From NCBI GenBank assembly GCA_947626795.1, contig CANQTH010000001.1:37554-101553 (forward strand): a stretch of 64,000 nucleotides of DNA, given 5' to 3'. This document shows positions 46,457 through 55,462 of this stretch, in pieces. How positions within the stretch are numbered: position 1 is the first letter of the stretch; each line of letters begins with the position of its first letter. Made by a program: the position numbers and the translations under genes. The stretch comes from an uncultured Lachnospiraceae bacterium (GTDB taxonomy: Bacteria > Bacillota > Clostridia > Lachnospirales > Lachnospiraceae). Under the pieces are notes generated by a model, which was not told where the DNA came from, searched no databases, and saw only the letters and a program-made list of their open reading frames with translations.

Positions 46457-46783
46457 ATGTACAAACCAATTGACAAGTCACAACATTCATTTCTTGACTT
46501 CAATCAGCCAATGGGGCTGCATATGAATCCGGACAATCGCTGGATTAAAATGGCAGGCCGTATCCCTTGGGATGAGTTTGAGATAAAATATGCGGAACTC
46601 TTTCCCAGTGATACCGGCAACGCTGCCAAACCGCTTCGCATGGCGCTGGGGGCATTGATCATCCAGACCAAGTTTCAGTTTTCCGATCGCGAACTTGTGG
46701 AGCAGCTTACAGAGAACCCATATCTGCAGCGCTTTATCGGACTTCCCGGCTATCAGGAAGAGGCTCCGTATCAGCAGACACTA
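46457..46783 (+). pseudogene. IS5-family transposase, N-terminal third only
   Basis: NRWIKMA..IPWDEFE..AKPLRMALGALII..SDRELVEQLTENPYLQRFIG; no DDE domain before the right IR. Confidence 0.8.
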
Positions 46784-46950
46784 ATTATATTTTAAAGTGT
46801 TTTGTATTGATTGATTTAAAAATTGAGAAAATCACTCATCAGGATGTAGGGCAGATGGATATGTATATTCGTATGTATGATGAATTAAAACGTAGCGAGG
46901 GTGACAATCCCACTATTGGTATTGTTCTTTGTGCTGATACAGATGAAGAA
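46784..46950 (+). pseudogene. DUF1016/YhcG C-terminal fragment
   Basis: NYILKCFVLIDLKIEKITHQDVGQMDMYIRMYDELKRSEGDNPTIGIVLC. Confidence 0.75.
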
Positions 46951-46968
46951 CTCCGGCTTATTTTTCCG

Positions 46969-46997
46969 TTGACATCCCATCCGGGGCATAGTATACT
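46969..46997 (+). promoter_or_regulatory. sigma-A promoter of mntP
   Basis: TTGACA-17-TATACT. Confidence 0.8.
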
Positions 46998-47002
46998 AGT
47001 CC

Positions 47003-47110
47003 AAATGAATCCCATGAGGGAGCAGCGAGCATATGCCATTACGATTTTTTAAGCCTGGCTTATTTTAAATTGCGGGACTCACGCATAGCCGTATGGTTAT
47101 GCCTGGGTCT
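47003..47110 (+). ncRNA. Probable yybP-ykoY Mn2+ riboswitch
   Basis: AGGGAGCAGC..CCATTACG..CCTGGC..GCGGGACTC resemble the conserved segments; hairpin GCATAGCC-GTAT-GGTTATGC; lies upstream of mntP. Confidence 0.6.
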
Positions 47111-47142
47111 TTTGTCATCCAAGACGACAGGAGGAAATACAA

Positions 47143-47727
47143 ATGAAATGGAGTTTTCTATTTATCTTGAACAGCGTCCTGCTCGGCGCCGGGCTTGCCA
47201 TGGACGCCTTTTCCGTATCGATGGCGAACGGCTTGAATGAGCCAGAAATGAGAAAAAAGAAAATGGCCGGGATCGCCGGGGTATTCACCGGGTTTCAGTT
47301 TGCCATGCCGATGGTCGGATGGGTCTGCGTCCATACGATCGTCCAATACTTCCAGGCCTTTGAGAAAGCCATACCCTGGATCGCGCTTCTCCTTCTTGCC
47401 ATTATCGGAGGGGAAATGCTGATGGAAGGTTTCCGCAGCAAAGACACCGAAGAAGAATCTCCCGGCCTTGGCGTCAAGGCGCTGCTCATCCAGGGCGTCG
47501 CGACCTCCATCGACGCGCTGTCCGTCGGCTTCACCATCGCCGGGTACGGATGGGCCATGGCCCTGGCGGCCTGCGTCATCATCGCAGCCGTCACGTTCGT
47601 CATCTGCATGGCGGGCCTTGCGATCGGCAAAGGGTTCGGGACAAGGCTGTCGAACAAAGCGCAGATCCTTGGCGGCGTCATCTTGATCGCAATCGGGATC
47701 GAGATCTTTGTCAGAGGGGTTTTTTAA
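47143..47727 (+). CDS. mntP: Manganese efflux pump
   Basis: GLAMDAFSVS and ATSIDALSVG motifs. Confidence 0.9.
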   Translation: MKWSFLFILNSVLLGAGLAMDAFSVSMANGLNEPEMRKKKMAGIAGVFTGFQFAMPMVGWVCVHTIVQYFQAFEKAIPWIALLLLAIIGGEMLMEGFRSKDTEEESPGLGVKALLIQGVATSIDALSVGFTIAGYGWAMALAACVIIAAVTFVICMAGLAIGKGFGTRLSNKAQILGGVILIAIGIEIFVRGVF

Positions 47728-47738
47728 AAGCGCATCCT

Positions 47739-48383
47739 CTATTGGTGCGCTTTTTTGCGGATTTCTTCTACCAGCTTATGTACCGTTGTGCATGGACACA
47801 TTTCAGACGGCTTGTCCATCCCATTTTTCAAATATTGCGCAAGGCGGGATTCCGCGATCCGAATGGCTTCTTCTTCATCGCCATAGCGGTTCAGCATGGC
47901 ATAAATCTGCCTGTTGGATTTTTTATATTCCTGGCCGCTTTTCTTCAGAAAGACATTCGCAAATTCCCGACAGCAATGAACCGAATCCTGGCTATTGCGC
48001 ATTTTTCCAAAGTAGGCGTCAAACCAAATCTCTATGCACGGATTCGACCAGCCAACACGGATGCCCTCTCGCTCGGCATTCTCTATGATCTGATCGAAGC
48101 CCGTCACCCGGTCTCTGTCAAATACGATCCAAGGTTCCCCATATTGAGGCTCCATAGCCGCCTGCTCCCTGCACGCCGAGACAAGCGACTCCGTTTTTGC
48201 CTTGGAAACCTTAATCACGATCCGGCCCCGTAAATTCTCTGGAAGGGAATCCCTAAGCCCATACAGATAATTTTCTTCCGTTTCCTTTGTATCTGTCACG
48301 ATAAAATAATATCCAAGATCCGGAACCCTTTTACGAAAATTATCCCTTCTTGCGCGTTTTCCTCTCCTGTCTTCTTTCGCCAT
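47739..48383 (-). CDS. RloB-family protein (AbiLii-like)
   Basis: IVTDTKETEENY, WIVFDRD, WSNPCIEIWF, PCTTVHKLV. Confidence 0.85.
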   Translation of the reverse strand: MAKEDRRGKRARRDNFRKRVPDLGYYFIVTDTKETEENYLYGLRDSLPENLRGRIVIKVSKAKTESLVSACREQAAMEPQYGEPWIVFDRDRVTGFDQIIENAEREGIRVGWSNPCIEIWFDAYFGKMRNSQDSVHCCREFANVFLKKSGQEYKKSNRQIYAMLNRYGDEEEAIRIAESRLAQYLKNGMDKPSEMCPCTTVHKLVEEIRKKAHQ

Positions 48384-48419
48384 GCATTTTCTCCTTCCGA
48401 AACATATCAAAATGAACTT

Positions 48420-49664
48420 TTACAAAGATTTCAATGCAGGGATCGCGCCATATTTTCCCAGCATATAATTCTTCTCATAACTTTCATCTTTTCGGATCTT
48501 CGCGCCATCTTCATCCACAAAATCTGCCAGGGAATAGAGCGAAGAAACGCCGTCTTTATCCTTTTCTGTAAACCATATCTCATCCCGGCGGAGCAGGCCG
48601 TTAGAAAGCTGCCAAGAATCATGAGCCGTGAATGCCAACTGGGCGTGATTCGGATTGCTCGTAGGATCTAAAAAAACGATCAGGAAATTTCTGACCAGCA
48701 AAGGATGCAGTCTGGCATTTAATTCATCAACGAACAGTATCCCGCCATTTTCCAACGTGTCCTGCAAGGCAGGATACAATGCGAACATCTTTAAAGTCCC
48801 ATCCGACTCTTCTTCTAATGGAATTGACGCGCTTCCCCCGTGAACCATGCGGTGGATCGCGTCAATCTTAACGCGTTCCCGTTCCTCGTCCTCCCCCTTC
48901 ATGACCTCGGCATGAAATCCTATAATAGAAGGGTCAAAGGACGAAAAATACGCCACCACCTTATCCTGAACGGCTTTATCCGCCGCAAATCCCTCCGGCA
49001 TGAGAGAAGAAAGGAACATATTTTCATACGGATCTCCAAAATTAGCAAAATTCGCATGATAGAACCAATCCCGGACAAACTTCAATTTCTCAATTTTCAG
49101 CTTTGCCCCCAAAGAAACAATGAGAACTTCCTTATTCAAGGAGATCCGGATCAGTTCCTGGCTCTTGGCCGGAAGGCCGGACAGATCCAATTCATCCCTG
49201 CTGCGATAGAAAACCTGCTTATACTCACGGGCGGTCTTGGATTTTGAATTTAGCCATTCCTCGATGACCCCATCGCGATCCAGCGTAAATCCATAATTGT
49301 ACGACTTAAACCCATTCTCTTCGGTATCCATAAAATAAACTTCAAAAGAAGACGCCGCGTCCCTGCTGTCAGCATCAAATAAAAAAGGGGAATATTTCCA
49401 TTTCCTTCCCTTCCCCTTTTTCCCATCGGAATCTCCCCCATAGGAAAACGATTCCATCACATAAGTTACCATATAGCGAAAAGCCTCTATCACATTTGAC
49501 TTTCCGCTTGCATTCGCGCCAAAAATAGCCGCTGCAGGCAATAATCTCTCATGTCCGGCAGAAATGACACGATCCGAATGCTCAGTGATCTTCGTTGCGG
49601 AGAAATCTAAGATCGTATCGTCCCGGAAGGACTTAAAATTTTTAAAACGAAATTGTATCAGCAT
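48420..49664 (-). CDS. AAA_21/RloA-like ATPase (AbiLi-like)
   Basis: FKNFKSF, FGANASGKSN, EESDGT, VDELNARLHP, RRDEIWFTEK, YMLGKYGAIP. Confidence 0.87.
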   Translation of the reverse strand: MLIQFRFKNFKSFRDDTILDFSATKITEHSDRVISAGHERLLPAAAIFGANASGKSNVIEAFRYMVTYVMESFSYGGDSDGKKGKGRKWKYSPFLFDADSRDAASSFEVYFMDTEENGFKSYNYGFTLDRDGVIEEWLNSKSKTAREYKQVFYRSRDELDLSGLPAKSQELIRISLNKEVLIVSLGAKLKIEKLKFVRDWFYHANFANFGDPYENMFLSSLMPEGFAADKAVQDKVVAYFSSFDPSIIGFHAEVMKGEDEERERVKIDAIHRMVHGGSASIPLEEESDGTLKMFALYPALQDTLENGGILFVDELNARLHPLLVRNFLIVFLDPTSNPNHAQLAFTAHDSWQLSNGLLRRDEIWFTEKDKDGVSSLYSLADFVDEDGAKIRKDESYEKNYMLGKYGAIPALKSL

Positions 49665-49777
49665 GACGCATTCCCTCCCTTCTTCTATTATACGCAAAAA
49701 TCCTCAAAAAAACAACATTTATATGAGAATAATTCTCAAATAAATGTTGTTTTTTCTTGAAATTTCTAATTTTCCTG

Positions 49778-50224
49778 TCATCCTCTTTTCCTGTATCCCT
49801 TAAAAAACGCCCGCAGGTTGCCCAACGCCTGCACCAGAACCTCAATCTGCTCTTCGTCCAGCCCCTCTAACGTCGCCTTCACCATCTCGTTATGGAACCG
49901 CTCATGATGTTCATACGCGCGCACGCCTTTTTCCGAAAGGCATATCAGCACCACCCTCCGGTCGATCTCGCTGCGCATTCGGTTCACATACCCTTTTTTC
50001 ACCAGATTGTTGACGGCTATCGTCAAAGTCCCGACTGTCACGGACAGATCCTTCGCCACTGTGGACATACTCTTCGGGTCTTCTTTCCCGATCGCCTCTA
50101 TGATATGCATATCCTTATTGGAAATATCCTTAAATTCATCCGTGATGATGGCTTTTTCCTCGATATCCATGATCTCGTTGAAAAGTTTTACCAGTACTTC
50201 GTTGATCGTGCTGAAGCTATCCAC
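49778..50224 (-). CDS. MarR-family regulator
   Basis: VTVGTLTIAVNNLVKKGYVNR..DRRVV. Confidence 0.9.
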   Translation of the reverse strand: MDSFSTINEVLVKLFNEIMDIEEKAIITDEFKDISNKDMHIIEAIGKEDPKSMSTVAKDLSVTVGTLTIAVNNLVKKGYVNRMRSEIDRRVVLICLSEKGVRAYEHHERFHNEMVKATLEGLDEEQIEVLVQALGNLRAFFKGYRKRG

Positions 50225-50341
50225 AAAAATACCTCCCGTTAAAATGATTGTATTTTATTATATCACAATCCAAAAATGAACGCACATTTTTTTCGTTTTG
50301 GCATAAGATAGAGAAACCATATCGTTTGGAGATGTGATATC

Positions 50342-50962
50342 ATGCTCAATTACTTATGGGGTTTCATGATCTTGATCGGCGTCGTCTACGCCGCTTTCAC
50401 CGGAAACCTCCCGGCTGTCACGAACGCGGCTCTGGATTCCTCAAAGGAAGCCGTCGCCCTCTGCATCACCATGCTCGGGGTCATGTCCTTATGGGTGGGC
50501 GTCATGCGGATTGCTGAAAACTGCGGGATCATAAAAGGCGCGGCGCGTATGCTGGATCCCCTGCTGCGCTTCATGTTCCCGGACATCCCGAAAGGCCATA
50601 AGGCGAACGAATATATCTCCACCAACATCATCGCCAATATGTTCGGCTTAGGATGGGCGGCGACCCCGGCCGGATTGAAGGCCATGGAAGAAATGGGTGC
50701 CTTGAACCGCCACAGCAAACGGGCGAGCAAGGATATGTGTACCTTTCTGATCCTCAACGTCTCGGCGCTGCAGCTCATCCCGGTCAACATGATCGCATAC
50801 CGCAGCCAATACGGCTCGGCAAACCCGGCGGGCATCTTAGGGCCTTCCATGATCGCCAATCTCGTCTCCGCACTGTCCGGCGTCGTCTTCGCAAAGGCCA
50901 TGCGCGCCCTCCCGGAGAAAAACAAGCCCCGTACATATGAAAAAAGGAGGTTTCCGCAATGA
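50342..50962 (+). CDS. spmA: Spore maturation protein A
   Basis: ANMFGLGWAATPAGLKAM; overlaps spmB. Confidence 0.88.
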   Translation: MLNYLWGFMILIGVVYAAFTGNLPAVTNAALDSSKEAVALCITMLGVMSLWVGVMRIAENCGIIKGAARMLDPLLRFMFPDIPKGHKANEYISTNIIANMFGLGWAATPAGLKAMEEMGALNRHSKRASKDMCTFLILNVSALQLIPVNMIAYRSQYGSANPAGILGPSMIANLVSALSGVVFAKAMRALPEKNKPRTYEKRRFPQ

Positions 50963-51486
50963 AAGCCCTCCTTTTCTTATCTGACGCCATGATACCGATC
51001 TTTCTATTTTCCATCGTAGGATATGGGCTTTTGAGCCGCCGCCCCGTCTACGACGACTTCATCAAAGGGGCGAAAGACGGCTTCCAGACCGTCATAGGGA
51101 TCATGCCAACCCTGATCGGCCTTATGGTCGGCGTGGGCGTGCTGCGCGCTTCCGGCTTCCTGGACTTTGTCTCCTCGTTCCTCAGCGTCTTTGCGGAGCC
51201 GCTCCGCTTCCCAGCGGAACTCATCCCGGCAGCCATCGTGAAAATGTTCTCTTCCTCCGCGGCGACCGGGCTTGTGCTGGATATTTTTAAGGAGCATGGG
51301 CCGGATTCCTACTGCGGGACGATGATCTCCATCATCATGAGCTGCACGGAAACGATCTTTTACACGATGAGCGTCTATTTTATGGCCGCAAAAGTGCAGA
51401 AAACGCGCTACACGCTGGCGGGCGCCCTCGTCACGACGCTGGCCGGGACAGCCGCGAGCGTGATTTTAACGCAGCTCCTCTTCTAA
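50959..51486 (+). CDS. spmB: Spore maturation protein B
   Basis: FIKGAKDG, SCTETIFYTMSVYF, KTRY. Confidence 0.88.
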   Translation: MKALLFLSDAMIPIFLFSIVGYGLLSRRPVYDDFIKGAKDGFQTVIGIMPTLIGLMVGVGVLRASGFLDFVSSFLSVFAEPLRFPAELIPAAIVKMFSSSAATGLVLDIFKEHGPDSYCGTMISIIMSCTETIFYTMSVYFMAAKVQKTRYTLAGALVTTLAGTAASVILTQLLF

Positions 51487-51558
51487 GAGAACAAACCCTT
51501 GCTTAGGAAACGCGATTGGGCATCGCGAGCGCAATCCTGACGCAGCTCCTCTTCTAAG
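51453..51558. repeat. spmB 3' end duplicated 71 bp downstream
   Basis: CGCGAGCG..ACGCAGCTCCTCTTCTAAG at 51453 and 51524. Confidence 0.8.
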
Positions 51559-51590
51559 GACGAACCGTGCTTAGAAAACGCCGCTCTTCT

Positions 51591-53027
51591 CTAAGGACGC
51601 CGCGCGCCGCCCATCTTTTTCAAATACCGATCCGTTTCCGCCGCGACCACGCCGCTTAGGGAAAGAAGCGCGATCAGGTTCGGGATCGCCATCAGGCCGT
51701 TAAAGATATCCGCGATCGTCCACACGGCGGAAACCGTCATAAACGGCCCGATGAACACACAGAGGATATATATCCAGCGGTACGCTTTCACGACCTTCTG
51801 CTTCCCGCCCGTCAGATATTCCAGGCATTTCTCGCTGTAATAATCCCATCCGAGGATCGTCGTGAACGCGAAGAACACCAGGCACATCATCAGGATGAAG
51901 GACGAGACGGCGGGCGCGAAGGGAAGCCCTTCCTGGAACGCCCTTGTCGTCACCTCCACGCCTTCAAGGCCGACGTCCCACGACCCCGTGATCACGATGG
52001 TAAGCCCCGTCATCGTACAGATGATGATCGTGTCGATCACCGTTCCCAGCATGGATACCAGCCCCTGCGCCGCAGGCTCGTCTGTCTGCACGGCGGCAGC
52101 GGCGATCGGCGCGCTCCCTAAGCCCGCCTCATTCGAGAAGATTCCTCTCGCGATTCCGTTTTGCACAGCGGCCATCATAGCCCCAAGCGCCCCGCCCGCG
52201 GCTGCCCTAAGCCCAAACGCGCTTTTTACGATCGTCGCGAAGGCTGCCGGGATCTCGGAAATATGTAAGAATAATACCAAAGCGGCGGACAGGACATAAG
52301 CCGCGGCCATGAACGGCACGACCACCTGGGCCACGCCGGAAATCCTCTGGATGCCGCCGATGACCACAAGCGCGACGCAGGCCGTCAGGATCACGCCCGC
52401 GATTATGACCGTCCAGGAATATTCCCTGCCAAGCAGGCGGACGGACCATTGGCTGTCCGGGTCAAAGAAGTTGTTCACCGCGCCTGTGATGCCGTTGATC
52501 TGGGTAAACGTCCCGATCCCCAAAAGCCCTGCCAGAACTCCGAACAGCGCGAAAAGCTTTCCCAACCATTTCCAATTCTTTCCCATTCCCCGCTCAATAT
52601 AGCAGAATGGCCCGCCCACGATATGCCCGTCGTCCGCGACCACACGGTACTTGATCGCCAGCAGGCATTCCGCGTATTTCGTGGCTGTGCCAAAAACGGC
52701 GGCCGCCACCATCCAGAACAGCGCGCCCGGCCCCCCGGCGACGATCGCCGTCGCGACGCCCACGATATTGCCCGTCCCGATCGTCGCGGATAACGCCGTG
52801 CAAAGCGCGCCAAAGCTGGAAACCTCCCCGCTCTCCCCGGATTTCTCATTCGCGAGAAGATTGCGGATCGCTAACGGGAGCCTCCTCACCTGCAGCCCTT
52901 TTAAGCGGATCGTCAAAAATATCCCGACGGAAAGGATCAGCACGATCAGAGGAATCCCCCAGACATATCCGTCGATCTTCGTTAAAATCTCATCGCTTTT
53001 CTCAAAAAAAACATCCATCTTCACCAT
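51591..53027 (-). CDS. Alanine/glycine:cation symporter (AlsT/AGCS)
   Basis: TIGTGNIVGVA, GGPGALFWM, RGIFSNEAGLGSAP, DTIIICTMTG. Confidence 0.93.
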   Translation of the reverse strand: MVKMDVFFEKSDEILTKIDGYVWGIPLIVLILSVGIFLTIRLKGLQVRRLPLAIRNLLANEKSGESGEVSSFGALCTALSATIGTGNIVGVATAIVAGGPGALFWMVAAAVFGTATKYAECLLAIKYRVVADDGHIVGGPFCYIERGMGKNWKWLGKLFALFGVLAGLLGIGTFTQINGITGAVNNFFDPDSQWSVRLLGREYSWTVIIAGVILTACVALVVIGGIQRISGVAQVVVPFMAAAYVLSAALVLFLHISEIPAAFATIVKSAFGLRAAAGGALGAMMAAVQNGIARGIFSNEAGLGSAPIAAAAVQTDEPAAQGLVSMLGTVIDTIIICTMTGLTIVITGSWDVGLEGVEVTTRAFQEGLPFAPAVSSFILMMCLVFFAFTTILGWDYYSEKCLEYLTGGKQKVVKAYRWIYILCVFIGPFMTVSAVWTIADIFNGLMAIPNLIALLSLSGVVAAETDRYLKKMGGARRP

Positions 53028-53098
53028 ATGCAGGATCCGATCCTGCTTTCCTCCTGTCAGATAATCTTTTCCAAATCCGCCCGCGAGAATCCGAACCG

Positions 53099-53941
53099 TC
53101 AGTCCAGATACCGCCCGATCTGCGGCATCCAATCCCCCAAAAACAATTCGTCCCGCATCACCCCTTCAAAGATCGGCGTGAAAAAATCCGCCGCAAGCCG
53201 CACGACCTCCCCCCATGGCGGATACTTCTCCCCCTCGCGCCTCCCCTGGCTTTTCCATCTTTTTTCCATGTATCTGTAATTCTCATAGCTTTTGATCGTG
53301 TCAAGCCGCCTTTCCACGGACGGGATCGGGTTTTCCGACAAGATATAGGAAAATCTTTCCCACACCTTCCTCCCGTTCATCGGCTCTTCCACCAGGATAT
53401 CGTAAATTTCCTTATACCAGGACAAATCTTTTATTAGCTCCAGGCCAACCAGGATCTCATAAAAACACCGCGACACATATTCCTCCGGCGGGAACGTGCT
53501 GTATGAGATCTTCCCTTCCCCCCAATAATTTTCCTCCAATTCCTTTTCCTGCAGGCTGACCGGGCTTCCTCGGTACGGGATCAGGAAGATCTGGAACGGG
53601 ACGCGGTAGCAGCCTTCCGAAATTTCCAAAAAAACAGGCGGCCCTGCATTCGCGCCTTCCCTTTTTTCCTGCAAAACAACCCTCAAAGAGCCTTCCGCTC
53701 CGTTTTCCGGCAAAAAGATCCGCTCCAATCCCTGCACAGCCTCCCGCATCTCCTCTTCCAGGACGAAAAATCCCAAAGAGCTTATGATATGCCTGCGGAA
53801 ACGATCCGGAGCAAGCAGACGGCTGTTTCTCAGCAAAAGTTTCTGGTTGAGCGGGGACTGCGAAATCTCCCATAAGATCTTTTCCGCGCCGCGCCGCGCT
53901 GTCAGATAGACGGACAAGGCTTCCCCCTTCCCCGCCCCCAT
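53099..53941 (-). CDS. Degenerate AbiEii-like partner protein
   Basis: TAATG-coupled to AbiEi; AbiEii-like length and C-terminus, but no recognisable KGG or DxD motif. Confidence 0.45.
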   Translation of the reverse strand: MGAGKGEALSVYLTARRGAEKILWEISQSPLNQKLLLRNSRLLAPDRFRRHIISSLGFFVLEEEMREAVQGLERIFLPENGAEGSLRVVLQEKREGANAGPPVFLEISEGCYRVPFQIFLIPYRGSPVSLQEKELEENYWGEGKISYSTFPPEEYVSRCFYEILVGLELIKDLSWYKEIYDILVEEPMNGRKVWERFSYILSENPIPSVERRLDTIKSYENYRYMEKRWKSQGRREGEKYPPWGEVVRLAADFFTPIFEGVMRDELFLGDWMPQIGRYLD

Positions 53942-54561
53942 TACAGCCACACCCCGATCCGGTCCTGGACTTTTTTCGTCACTTTCCGTATCTTCGCATA
54001 TTCCATCAATCTCTGAATGTCCTTCTTAGGTTCGGCAATGTAACTGCGGAGCGACTGCTGCATCACTTCCCTGCTCAGCTTCTCCTCGAACTTCAGGCAA
54101 TCGCAGATCAAACGTTCCTTATTATAGATAGAAATCTTTCCTTCTCCCAATTCCATTTCTTCCACGCCCAGTCTTAAGACGTCCTGTTCCACATAATAAG
54201 GCTGAACCGGAGGGAACGCGATCTTGAACCTGGACTTTGAGGTGTCCTTGTCAAAAGCTATATGCCAGCACGCCGGGCGGATATCCAGATAGCCCTGGTA
54301 AAACAAAGCGCTTTCCATGCAAAGCACGCCGTCTGGGAACAATTCGCAGACCATCGTCTCCTCCGGCTTGCCGGAAAATCCCATGCTGTAATACCCATTC
54401 TTCACCCGCTCCAACACGCCTTTTTTCACAAGCCCCTGGATCTTGCGGTAGCTGACCGACAAGTCATATAGTTCGGAAGTCTTCATCAATCCTCCGCGGC
54501 GTTCCATTTCCTGACTGATCTTTTCCACTAAATCTTCCATTTTTCCGCTCAATTTTCCCAT
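53941..54561 (-). CDS. Type IV TA antitoxin, AbiEi family
   Basis: N-terminal wHTH (LERVKNGYY), GVLCMESALFY, YNKERLICD. Confidence 0.8.
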   Translation of the reverse strand: MGKLSGKMEDLVEKISQEMERRGGLMKTSELYDLSVSYRKIQGLVKKGVLERVKNGYYSMGFSGKPEETMVCELFPDGVLCMESALFYQGYLDIRPACWHIAFDKDTSKSRFKIAFPPVQPYYVEQDVLRLGVEEMELGEGKISIYNKERLICDCLKFEEKLSREVMQQSLRSYIAEPKKDIQRLMEYAKIRKVTKKVQDRIGVWL

Positions 54562-54805
54562 CCCACAACAGCCCAGCGTCCTAACAGTTACCTCGTTTTA
54601 TTATATTCTTATCTTTTTTTCCTGTCAATTATGCATCTTTACAAACGCCCCCAAATCCTTTAAACTGATTACAGTTCATTGGTCGACCAGCGAACCGTAA
54701 CTTAAACTGCTGCTATGAAAAAGAGAGCGCCTAAGACAGGCTCGCGCGTTCCATTTTCTTTTGCGCAGACACCAAGACTTGCATGATTTTTTGGAGGAAA
54801 AAGCC

Positions 54806-55312
54806 ATGGGGCAATACGACCGATTACGGAAAAATCCATCCCGTGAAACCTGTGAATCCATCATCCGGCGGATCTTGTCCGCTGAGATCTCAGAGCGCGG
54901 GCAAAACAGGCATTTTCGGCACAGTTCTGACTTCCTGCCTTATTTTGAGTCCCTCTACCCCTCTTCGGAAAGCCTTGCAAAACAAGTGCAGCGGGCCGTC
55001 AAGTCCATGGATATGGCAAAAGACGGGGACGGCTTCTATATCATCAACAAGACGCAGGAGCAGATCCGGCAGGAAGAAGAATTGAAGCATTTCTTCCAGG
55101 CTTCCGAAACGGTCTTAGGCAGCTTGGAAGGATGCGAGACAGTTTTCCTAAGATCTGCAAAAGTCAGTCTGGATTACCTGATCCACCTGATCTCTTCCAC
55201 GGACACGCTCAAGGACAAATACGCGACCATGGTAAAAGCGTCGAACGGCGTCCTCATCTATACGGAAAATAAAGAGGAGCTGCTCGCCCTGTTAAAACCG
55301 CTCCTTTCATAG
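54806..55312 (+). CDS. Hypothetical protein, possibly a divergent ArgR-fold regulator
   Basis: GGAGG RBS; N-terminal helical region ending KDGDGFY, then an alpha/beta C-terminal domain. Confidence 0.4.
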   Translation: MGQYDRLRKNPSRETCESIIRRILSAEISERGQNRHFRHSSDFLPYFESLYPSSESLAKQVQRAVKSMDMAKDGDGFYIINKTQEQIRQEEELKHFFQASETVLGSLEGCETVFLRSAKVSLDYLIHLISSTDTLKDKYATMVKASNGVLIYTENKEELLALLKPLLS

Positions 55313-55462
55313 AACGTCTTTGATTTGACAGATTATTTTAAATATATAAAGTAATTTTCTATAAATAATGTCTTACTTTTTCAATGTACATGAACTTAAA
55401 AAAGACAATGAATATTGTCTTTTTTAAGTTCTTTTTTCTTGTTTTATCGTCTATTATTGATT

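Larger units (their letters stand above)
44757..46783. mobile_element. Non-autonomous IS5-type composite: left end, xre-hipA, left end, truncated transposase, right end
   Basis: 47-bp identical direct repeats 44757-44803 and 46312-46358; their first 14 bp inverted at 46770-46783. Confidence 0.78.

Noticed and set aside
46807-47052. Intact 81-aa gene
   Set aside because: It is a DUF1016 C-terminal fragment that reads on into the mntP promoter and riboswitch.
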